Positions 10,267-18,701 of a DNA stretch of 64,000 bases are shown piece by piece. Under the pieces are notes generated by a model that saw only the letters and a program-made list of their open reading frames with translations, had not been told where the DNA came from and did not search any database. The number at the start of each line of letters is the position of its first letter. The stretch's first letter is position 1. This stretch comes from Paramoeba atlantica (taxonomy: Eukaryota; Protista; Discosea): assembly GCA_977017575.1 (NCBI GenBank), contig CDRNVI010000033.1, positions 1 to 64,000 of the forward strand, read 5' to 3'. Made by a program: the position numbers and the translations under genes.

Positions 10267-10508
10267 TGAGGGTGGATCCGTCTGGCATAATTGCAACACC
10301 ATGAAGATATTACAATGTATTATATAGATGTATCATTTTAGGAAAGCGAGGTTCTAGAAATGTACTACACTTTTAAATATATTGTAGTTTTAAACATGAT
10401 GTAGTGTTGCAGTTTTCAACTCTCTGGAATGTAGTATAAAATTCAAATGAATTATACCTGAGGATTCTTCGTTAAGATATTTTTGTACATTATTCTACAA
10501 ACGGAATT

Positions 10509-13500
10509 ATGTCGGAAGAATCCATAGTGGAGCAAAGCAGTGACGATGAAACTCCCGTCATCAATCTGATGAAGTCACAAACAAAGACTGCAGGATTAGT
10601 GAATCTTGGCGCAACATGTTACCTCAACTCACTTTTGCAAGTTCTCTTTTCTCTTCGCCCTTTTCGTGAAGCTGTCTACAGTCTTGAAGACAAAGGAAAC
10701 TTGAATGATATTCCTTCTGCCCTGAAAGAGATTTTTTATCATATGCAGACGCAAACTAAGGTCGTGAGCACGGAACGCCTAACTAATGCCTTCGGTTGGA
10801 AAGGAGAAGACTTGGTAGTACAACACGATATACAGGAGCTAGCGACCAAGTTATTTGACGTCCTTACATCGAAAATGAAAGGGTCGAAGCACGAGTACCT
10901 ACACAGAGATTTGTTCGAAGGAAAACAAGAGCAATGCATTGAATGCTGTGATGGAACATACACGTCTCGGAGAGCCATACCTTTTTACGAACTACAACTG
11001 GAAGTGCGCAATCACAATGACGTCTGCAGTTCACTTCGGCAGATCACTGAACCAGAGAAGCTCACCGGTCCCAATAAATATCGTGTAGAGTACGATGACG
11101 GGAGTCCTGCGCAATACAAAGATGCAATAAAACGAATCGTATTTAGGAAGCTTCCACCAATTCTAATGCTTCACCTGAAACGTTTCGAGATGGATTTTGA
11201 GAATGATCTGCAACTTATCAAAATTAATGACAAATACATGTACCCAGAAAGCATAGATTTTGCGGAATTTGTTTCTGAAAATGAGAAATGCCATATTAAC
11301 ATTCCTTACGAATTGTGGGCTGTAGTGGTCCACTGCGGAACGTCTCACAATGGGCATTACAAAGCGTATATTCGTACCATGGAGCCTACCAAAAAGGAAA
11401 ATGAAGCAAACGAACAAAGACAAAACGGAGTAAAGAAAGAATCAGATTCTGGAGATGAAAATCAAACTTCTGCAGCTGAATGGGGTTCGTGGTTTGAATT
11501 TGATGACGAAAATGTAAAGCCAAGCACGAGGGAGAGTGCGATGACGGAGCTCTACGGGGGATTTACAAGAAACGCGTTTGGCCATTCCATTCCTCGTACC
11601 GGAAACGCCTATTTGCTTCTCTACGTAGATAAGAGCAAGGCTGTGGAGCTCATTTCTTCAATGGATATTACTGATATACCACATGCAGTGAGAGCAGAGT
11701 TTGAGGCCCAACGTCGGAAGCGTCTAAACGAAGAACGGGAACAAGAGCGTAAAAATGCTCTAGTTCACATCAAGGTTCTTACTCATCGAGACCTTGCACA
11801 TTTTATTGATCAATATACATGGGGGCTGTGGACCGACCACCTTGATCCCGATCGCGCACAAACATTCACATTACAATATGATACTACAAAGCAGGACAAC
11901 CTTCACGGTCTAGCACTTGAGGTTGCTTCGTCGATTGGTGTACCTTCTTCGCATCAGCGCTACCATTTGGGCTTGGTCTCAGTGCGTGAGTGGCGGAAGC
12001 ACTATGTCTTCTCCCCACGAGTCATAACCGACGAGTCGTTGCACTTGTCTATCGGTGAACTGTTTCAATCGGAGCTCCGCGGTTGCGAAGGTGCGTGGAG
12101 CTTTGTCCTTCTACTTGAACCCTCTATGCCTCGCTGTATTCCCCTCTTGGACATTGTATCAAACGGAATCGCTTCCTCCTCTTCGCACCGCGACGACATG
12201 CCACCAGAGAGTTGTGCCCTTGTTCAAAACGGCAAGGGTTTTTTTGCCGCAGCCGAGAGTGACAGGCATCCCTATTGGAAATTAGACCTAGGCACCACGG
12301 CCCATATCAATTACCTTGTCTTCACAACTGCATGGCAGCTCCCTTCTCAATCTTCATTGGTTCTAACCCTACTGGGTGAAGATGGTACGGAAATTTACAA
12401 GTATCCGCTTTCGCTAGCCGCTCCAACTCGTGGGCACCGACCAGGATACACCGTCATTGGTCATGCAACGAAAGGGCTCGATACTCGGGCACGATATGTT
12501 CAAGTAAAGAAAAGAGACTCCTTATCCTTATTCGCGCTAAGTACCGTTATGGTGGTTGGCTATCCGACTGAGGTAGCTGTAAAAGATACAGAGGTAGGAC
12601 CTAATGACTCGTTCCTCGTCTTTCTTAAGAGCATCACACATCACGGTATGCTGCGTTTTATGGGATGCGTATACATAAAGTCATGTCTTCCAGTGATCGC
12701 ATATACATCATATTTTCGTACCTTGCTTGGCGTAGAAGACAGCGCTATTTTGAATTTTGCGATTGAGTCTTCAGATCCTTGCGAGAATGAAACTGTACCA
12801 CTCTCAACACCCTTGCATTACGTGCCGCTACATTCGCTCAATGGCATTCGTGACGGTTTTACTCTTCTAATTTCTTCCACGATGAAAGACGAAACGGATT
12901 CATGCCCGGATTCTACATTGCAAGACTTTACTCAAAGGCTGGAAAAGCTCCATAGCGTAAGATTTGTAAAATGTTACTCACTTGCTGCGCCAACCGTGAT
13001 TCAGTTCAGATTGAGAGTAAAATCCGATGCTTCGTATGAGCGATTATGTAAAGAAGTTCGCAAGAGTCTGGAGTCTCAATTAGGCGTTGAATGCCACGAG
13101 AGTAATATCCAATTGACAGCCCCCAGTTTGACGCATGATGGCCCTCAACGATGTCCACTTCCTTCCTACAATCCTTTTGCGTTGGAAGAACATTTAAGCT
13201 CATCGAAAAATGGTTCTCGCTCACCGTACGGCTATGAACTCTGGTACAGCATTTTGAAATCATCTAGGAAAGAAGTAGAAGCGCATGGCAACATTACCAT
13301 CAGTTTCCATCATAGTAGCGGGGAGGAGATAAAGCAAAATGGTGTCCCTATGTCCAAAATGTGTAGCGTAAAGCTTGGTTTTAAGGTTTCTGATCTCCTG
13401 CGCACTCTTCAACTAAACCCTGCTGATTGGGTTATGGTGAAGTATCTCACGGATGATTGTTTAATCTATGAGACCTTTGACCAAGACATGGCATTGCCCA

Positions 13501-13919
13501 CAATACCAGATGAAAACTTTTCATATCGTTTGTACAAAAAACTTTCTGAAAGTAACACAGCGGAGAAGACAGAAATCGTACGCATGTGTTCCGCCTATGT
13601 GGAGCACCCCAGCCCAACACTCAATTTTCTTTTCCAAGGTGGGTTTCTGCGTTTGTCAGAAGAAACCACGAAAAAAGAGCTCATTGAAGAAATTCGCACT
13701 CTGTTCGAACCTTTCAAGAGCAACAAAGGAATACATATTCAGGATGTACGCCTCATGAACGTTGATAAACAGTTGAGAAATTACACGTACCACGGTGTAA
13801 ACGGTCCTACCCCTCTACTATCCGTGCTGAAACGTTCCCAGCAAATTCTTATCCTATGCAGAGATCCTAATAAAGAAAAAGGCGCAGAATTTCAGCTAAA
13901 ACTAGAAAACGATTCATAA
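10509..13919 (+). CDS. USP7-like ubiquitin C-terminal hydrolase (C19) with an inserted discoidin/F-lectin-like domain
   Basis: Cys box GLVNLGATCYLNSLLQ, QHDIQEL, His box VVVHCGTSHNGHY, WFEFDD and NAYLLLY. The following DIP..helix resembles USP7, but there is no N-terminal MATH domain. Insert PYWKLDLG...RARYVQV. Confidence 0.85.
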   Translation: MSEESIVEQSSDDETPVINLMKSQTKTAGLVNLGATCYLNSLLQVLFSLRPFREAVYSLEDKGNLNDIPSALKEIFYHMQTQTKVVSTERLTNAFGWKGEDLVVQHDIQELATKLFDVLTSKMKGSKHEYLHRDLFEGKQEQCIECCDGTYTSRRAIPFYELQLEVRNHNDVCSSLRQITEPEKLTGPNKYRVEYDDGSPAQYKDAIKRIVFRKLPPILMLHLKRFEMDFENDLQLIKINDKYMYPESIDFAEFVSENEKCHINIPYELWAVVVHCGTSHNGHYKAYIRTMEPTKKENEANEQRQNGVKKESDSGDENQTSAAEWGSWFEFDDENVKPSTRESAMTELYGGFTRNAFGHSIPRTGNAYLLLYVDKSKAVELISSMDITDIPHAVRAEFEAQRRKRLNEEREQERKNALVHIKVLTHRDLAHFIDQYTWGLWTDHLDPDRAQTFTLQYDTTKQDNLHGLALEVASSIGVPSSHQRYHLGLVSVREWRKHYVFSPRVITDESLHLSIGELFQSELRGCEGAWSFVLLLEPSMPRCIPLLDIVSNGIASSSSHRDDMPPESCALVQNGKGFFAAAESDRHPYWKLDLGTTAHINYLVFTTAWQLPSQSSLVLTLLGEDGTEIYKYPLSLAAPTRGHRPGYTVIGHATKGLDTRARYVQVKKRDSLSLFALSTVMVVGYPTEVAVKDTEVGPNDSFLVFLKSITHHGMLRFMGCVYIKSCLPVIAYTSYFRTLLGVEDSAILNFAIESSDPCENETVPLSTPLHYVPLHSLNGIRDGFTLLISSTMKDETDSCPDSTLQDFTQRLEKLHSVRFVKCYSLAAPTVIQFRLRVKSDASYERLCKEVRKSLESQLGVECHESNIQLTAPSLTHDGPQRCPLPSYNPFALEEHLSSSKNGSRSPYGYELWYSILKSSRKEVEAHGNITISFHHSSGEEIKQNGVPMSKMCSVKLGFKVSDLLRTLQLNPADWVMVKYLTDDCLIYETFDQDMALPTIPDENFSYRLYKKLSESNTAEKTEIVRMCSAYVEHPSPTLNFLFQGGFLRLSEETTKKELIEEIRTLFEPFKSNKGIHIQDVRLMNVDKQLRNYTYHGVNGPTPLLSVLKRSQQILILCRDPNKEKGAEFQLKLENDS

Positions 13920-14139
13920 TAGTCTTGGCAAGGTTCAAGGGAGGTTGCACATAGAATTTGTATGACAGATCAAAAACGTTCTTTACTCCTTATGCCTCTA
14001 TATATTCGCTGTATAAGCTTTGATTGACTACAAAAAAACCAGTAGACATTACTCCAGACGTAAAGCAATGCCTATTCAGGAAACGCACATTTTTAAATGA
14101 ACATCTATTGCGAAAAATATATTATTGTTTAGTTATTTA

Positions 14140-14712
14140 ATGTTCACACGACGAGGCTGGAATCCCATCTGGATGGGAGGTAACTTCCTTGGAGTGGGAC
14201 CTCGCGAATCGCAAGTGCTCAATGTACAAAGTTTCGTGACCTCTGGTGCGACATCACAAGACATTGCGAAAACTATCCCACGCGTGTGGCGGAGAGGTGG
14301 AAAATTTGACCTCATCCTCCGCCAGGACCTTTACGATGAGCTGCTCAAGATTCCACTACGTTATTCGCTACACCCATTTGAGAAACTTCGTGAACAACAT
14401 GCGAAGTCTGACTGCGGCTATACTATCCCACTAGGACCCGTAGATAAGGAAGACCCCTGCCCGTTTCACGTTCATCGGACCTGCACAGGACGACTTCCAG
14501 TGAAATGCATTCCACTCACCACAACAGAGTGGCGCCTCCTGCGCACGATGATTCGAAGGTTTGATGGAGACGTGTTCCGCATGGAGGAGGAACTCGTAAA
14601 GATTTTTCCCACAAAGCGGACGTACGTTAAGCCTGCCGAAGTTGTGATTTGGGGTGTAGGCCTTGACGCCGCACTGCTCGTACGCTACTGGTTACTTGGT
14701 CTTGGGTTCTAA
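14140..14712 (+). CDS. MRPL49: Mitochondrial ribosomal protein mL49 (Img2)-like
   Basis: C-terminal RLPV..TMIRRFDGDVFRMEEEL...WLLGLGF matches the mL49 pattern (LPVY..TLIRKIEGD...WLLEKGF). The ATG at 14140 follows an AG at 14131-32. Confidence 0.72.
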   Translation: MFTRRGWNPIWMGGNFLGVGPRESQVLNVQSFVTSGATSQDIAKTIPRVWRRGGKFDLILRQDLYDELLKIPLRYSLHPFEKLREQHAKSDCGYTIPLGPVDKEDPCPFHVHRTCTGRLPVKCIPLTTTEWRLLRTMIRRFDGDVFRMEEELVKIFPTKRTYVKPAEVVIWGVGLDAALLVRYWLLGLGF

Positions 14713-15247
14713 TTAATAAAATCATGTGTTTAGTTATTAGAATCATCTGTGAACAAAAGTACGGAAACAACTAGTAGAGAAAGGGAAGCGTGCGCTAAAA
14801 TAATCTTCTTTTGGAATTGCCCAAAAACAAAATTTAACTACAGATTGCGGTGGTTGTATAACTACCGCTCTACCCTCGATTATTCAAAAAAAGTGAACAG
14901 AAACAATGAAAATATAAAGAGGAACACAGTAATATAATAGAAAAAAAAATATATAAGGGGGCTCCGGTAGTTCCGAATTGAAAAAAATGGGGGGTCTAGG
15001 GCCTATTTTTTTCAAACTTTTTGCTTTCCAAAATCGAGCGTAGGTAAGTGGAAGAGTATGTCGCGACTATAATTTTCCACCTCAGCTACCATTCTACGAC
15101 GTTTTTTACGACAGATTCGCCTCGTACCCCTGGTAAGGTTTCGAAAACGGCCCAAATTCGGGTTAAAATTTCTCAATTTTAGTCGAAAAATGGAGATTTT
15201 TCACCCCAAAAAATAGATTATTCATGATCTTTTGGCGATGTTTCTTT

Positions 15248-15350
15248 TTTAGTCTCTTCGTTAAACGCGGAGATAGTTTTCAACGCGAAGCGCGCAGCAT
15301 GAGTGACTTCTAAGTTGAAAACAACCACTGTGTTTAACGAAGAGTCTAAA
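15248..15350. repeat. Small fold-back element with two nested inverted repeats
   Basis: tttagtctcttcgttaaac (15248-15266) pairs with gtttaacgaagagtctaaa (15332-15350) with 1 mismatch. Inner pair gttttcaac/gttgaaaac at 15276-84 and 15314-22, with a central cgcgaagcg. Confidence 0.6.
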
Positions 15351-15472
15351 TTATAGCAAACCATTCATTCAGAAAACCGCTAAAGGAACTAACAATTAAA
15401 AAAAATCAGGTTTATAGTTCACCCTCTCCCCCCATCCTCTATCCCCCTCTCCACCCCTCCCCCCCACACCCC

Positions 15473-17554
15473 ATGACCCGTCCCCGTAACCCTCCCCCCA
15501 CCACCCCCCCATCCCCCCCCACCCACTCCCCCGGTGATCTCGTCTACCTCCCCTCCCTCGAAGCCCTTGCCCTTATTGAGCGTCTTCTCCCCTCCCCCTC
15601 CCCCCCTCCCCGCGCCACCCTCGCCCTCCTCGGTCCCACCCCCACCACCCTCCACCGTGTCCGTCTCACGCTCCCCCTCTCCGCCCTCTCCCCCCTCCCC
15701 CCCTCCCCCCTTCTCACCACCCCCCCCACCACCCCCCTCCCCCTCCGTCGCGTCCTCCCCTACCAGCTCCGCGAGGCCCGGCACCTCGCGGCCCTCATCG
15801 CCTCCGGGGCCTACGACGCCCACTGGCCCCACTGCTTCATCTGCGACCGCGACACCGGGACCCTGGTCCTGTGCGACGGCTGCATGAACAGCGCCCACCT
15901 GGGGTGTGTGGCGCTGACGAAGGCCCCGAGGGGGGAGTGGAGGTGCGCGGGGTGTGTGATGGGGGGAGGGGGGGGGGAGGGGGGGGGACCCGTGGAGAGT
16001 CCCGGGGAGGTGAACGCGAGGGTGGGGCGGTTCGTGGCGGCGGTGCGGGGGGTGGTGGGGGAGGTGGGGAAAGGGGAGGGGGAGGGGTGGTTTGAGGAGG
16101 TCCCGACGGTGGGGTTTGGGGGGTTGGAGGATTATCATAGTGTGGTGCGGGATCCGGTGGATTGGGGGATGGTGAGGGTGAAGGCGGAGCAGGGGGGGTA
16201 TGGGTCGGTGGAGGAGGTGAGGGGGGAGGTGAGGAGGATGACGGAGAACTGTGTGCGGTATAATGGTGAGGGGAGTGAGTATGCGACGGCGGCGCGGGGG
16301 TTTGAGAACCGGGCGGAAGGGGTGATTGAGGAGTTTATGAAGACCAAGAAGGGGGCGGTTCTTCAAACGCCGGTGGGGCTTTTTGAGATGGCACAGTTTT
16401 ATGATTGTGACATGTCGCAGTGTCGACGTCCGTTCTTGTTTCCCCCTAATGCGTCGTTTCGCACATGTTCGGTCTTGATCACCGTATGGATACCTCCGTG
16501 GGCATGTGGAGGAGGCTCGTACCGCGCCCGGTACTCCACAGACAGAAAAATTCCCCCAACAAAAGGTAAGATTCTTGCGCTAACTCCGGACGGGAAAATA
16601 CCTCTCAAAGGAGTATTCGGCCGGAAAATTTTCCTACAAGTTGTAGTGGAAAAGGAGGGCGTCGAAACTTCGAAAATAGCGACTGGGGAATACTTCTTTG
16701 TTAGAGAAGTCAAAACAGAGGCCGATGACCGTCAGCAGCACACGTTGCGGAGGGACAGCAGACAACAAGAAATAGAATTACGCAAGGGTTTAAAATCGGC
16801 TACCAAAGAATCGCGGGGTCCGAGCTCGTCATTAAGGTCATTGGGAAAAGAAAAGTCTCCATCAAAAGCAGGTGTGGAGTTAAATTCCAAGGGGTCCTTA
16901 AAAGAAGCTCAAGTTAAAGGAACTTCAGGTCACCCGGAAAATAAACCGCCTCAAGTGGTGAAAAAAGCACGAATCGACGTCCCGTTTCAGCCTATCAATT
17001 TACAACGCCGAGCGGACCCACTTTTTAAAGTGCAGTCTTGCCTCTACGCTTCAACATGCACTGTTGCGACGTGTGGACATTTATGTTCGTTACCTAGTGC
17101 AATATTACAACGAGCGGTGGTCAATCGCTGCACGCTACGGTACCCTTTCTTTCTCATTCAAAGGGTTTTTGTTCAGCAAGTTGTTTCCGAGGAGGAGCAA
17201 TCCTCATACTCTGATATTCTTAAACGTTGTTTTCCCGAGGCATCTTCACCAAACAGTGGACATTCTACTTTTCAATACAATTTTCAAGCCATTGGTTATC
17301 CGATTTCTTGTCTTTTAAATGAAGTTGCAGACAGAATTCATTACTTTTTGATGACTTCATCGGATGATCAAGTTGATTTGCGTTTAAAAATGGAATATGA
17401 CAAGACACTCTGCGCTTTTCATCGCCAGCAAGGATGTGAAATGCAGGCTATCTCCGAAAATTTAAGCATACACGACCTGTGGAACGTGCATGTTTGTCTG
17501 CATGACTTGTGTACTTTCATAGAGCTTAATTATTCCTTGATATTCTCGCAATAG
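15473..17554 (+). CDS. PHD finger plus bromodomain chromatin protein
   Basis: PHD C4HC3: CFIC..LVLCDGCMNSAHLGC..GEWRCAGC. Bromodomain: WFEEVP..LEDYHSVVRDPVDW..NCVRYNGEGSEY, with the conserved Asn present. Confidence 0.85.
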   Translation: MTRPRNPPPTTPPSPPTHSPGDLVYLPSLEALALIERLLPSPSPPPRATLALLGPTPTTLHRVRLTLPLSALSPLPPSPLLTTPPTTPLPLRRVLPYQLREARHLAALIASGAYDAHWPHCFICDRDTGTLVLCDGCMNSAHLGCVALTKAPRGEWRCAGCVMGGGGGEGGGPVESPGEVNARVGRFVAAVRGVVGEVGKGEGEGWFEEVPTVGFGGLEDYHSVVRDPVDWGMVRVKAEQGGYGSVEEVRGEVRRMTENCVRYNGEGSEYATAARGFENRAEGVIEEFMKTKKGAVLQTPVGLFEMAQFYDCDMSQCRRPFLFPPNASFRTCSVLITVWIPPWACGGGSYRARYSTDRKIPPTKGKILALTPDGKIPLKGVFGRKIFLQVVVEKEGVETSKIATGEYFFVREVKTEADDRQQHTLRRDSRQQEIELRKGLKSATKESRGPSSSLRSLGKEKSPSKAGVELNSKGSLKEAQVKGTSGHPENKPPQVVKKARIDVPFQPINLQRRADPLFKVQSCLYASTCTVATCGHLCSLPSAILQRAVVNRCTLRYPFFLIQRVFVQQVVSEEEQSSYSDILKRCFPEASSPNSGHSTFQYNFQAIGYPISCLLNEVADRIHYFLMTSSDDQVDLRLKMEYDKTLCAFHRQQGCEMQAISENLSIHDLWNVHVCLHDLCTFIELNYSLIFSQ

Positions 17555-17738
17555 CAAGGACTATTTTCCATTCCGGGCAACCGTTTTGTCTACAGGAGTT
17601 TGAGGGATGAGTGGGGAATTACGTCGTTGCAGCTTAACTAATCGTAGTTATACATGTACTTGAATTAGTATTTTGATGTTTAACAAATTTTTATACTATA
17701 GCACTATTGCTTTTCCATTTCACTGTTCATATAAAGTC

Positions 17739-18230
17739 ATGTACAACAGATATGCCCTGCGACTCTGTGCGCACGACATTGCAGCACGTAGCGTCACGAG
17801 CGTAGGACTTACACATTACGGAACCGGTCTCACGTGTGGGGCACAGAAGCCTCATTACACTAATGACAGCGATCTGTTCCCCACGAATGAACGGGGGCTG
17901 AAACACACCAGCTTAATAGCGGAACCCAACACGGCTATCTACGACAGCTGGCTTCCCTGGTCCTACTTCCAACCTCACAAGGTAAGCATCCAGAAGATGG
18001 GAGTGCCGGACGCAAAGTATTATCAGCGCTTTACGAAAAAGCCTTGGGATCTGTCATCTACGGAATACAATGAGTTAATCCACCGAAAACGAATGTTCCA
18101 TACCGCATGGTTTGGTGTTATGATTTTTGTTGTGTGCTTTATTTGCAATAAAGGAAATCAATATGCCGGCCTGAGAGGGCTCGATGGGTATTGGATAGCA
18201 CTTCCGGTAGGCAAACCTCATAAATTTTAA
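17739..18230 (+). CDS. ATPTB11: Kinetoplastid-specific mitochondrial ATP synthase subunit, ATPTB11-like
   Basis: EPNTAIYDSWLPWSYFQP, AKYYQRFTKKPWDLSSTE and GLDGYWIALPVGKP closely match my recollection of T. brucei ATPTB11. One TM helix. The ATG at 17739 follows an AG. Confidence 0.75.
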   Translation: MYNRYALRLCAHDIAARSVTSVGLTHYGTGLTCGAQKPHYTNDSDLFPTNERGLKHTSLIAEPNTAIYDSWLPWSYFQPHKVSIQKMGVPDAKYYQRFTKKPWDLSSTEYNELIHRKRMFHTAWFGVMIFVVCFICNKGNQYAGLRGLDGYWIALPVGKPHKF

Positions 18231-18701
18231 CCAGAAAAAGCGATCTGATTCAATAAATAAAAAATAGGCCCAACGGGGTTCGATAAAGGGAATATGATAT
18301 CCATTTCAGAATAGTTAATATTGCCGATGAAAATTAGTATTGCTAACGAAATGAATTACAAAGGGGGATTTCTTGGAACGGGTGACTTTTCATTTACCTA
18401 CGTAGAAGAATGATTCCCAGATTTAGGCAGGTATAACTGCGGAGCGTGTAATTGCTCGGTACCTTTTATAGCAAATTTGTACTATTTCAATTCTTTCATG
18501 TACAGCTTCCAATAGTTGATAGTAAATAAACTAACACTTTCTAATATACTGCGTGTTGTTCCGCACTACTTTTATTTTCATCTACAGTGTCATCTGTAGT
18601 AACTATTACAGACCCCAATAATACGGAGGATTCATTAAACTTCTGTCCATTTCTACAAATTCCTTTTGTTTACTACCCCTACCTCATTTGTCTACCATAC
18701 G

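Noticed and set aside
14955-15240. Transposon-end-like sequence (ggggctccgg...ggggggtctaggg)
   Set aside because: No partner TIR or TSD was found in the window.
15419-16366. Long antisense and alternative-frame ORFs in GC-skewed islands (also 47085-47738, 57759-58283, 3019-3465, 23094-23744)
   Set aside because: These are low-complexity Pro/Gly-rich shadows of real genes, caused by stop-codon scarcity.
18265-18283. tRNA-like fragment (taggcccaacggggttcga)
   Set aside because: It resembles only a T-arm/acceptor piece. No D arm, anticodon arm or matching acceptor strand was found on either strand.
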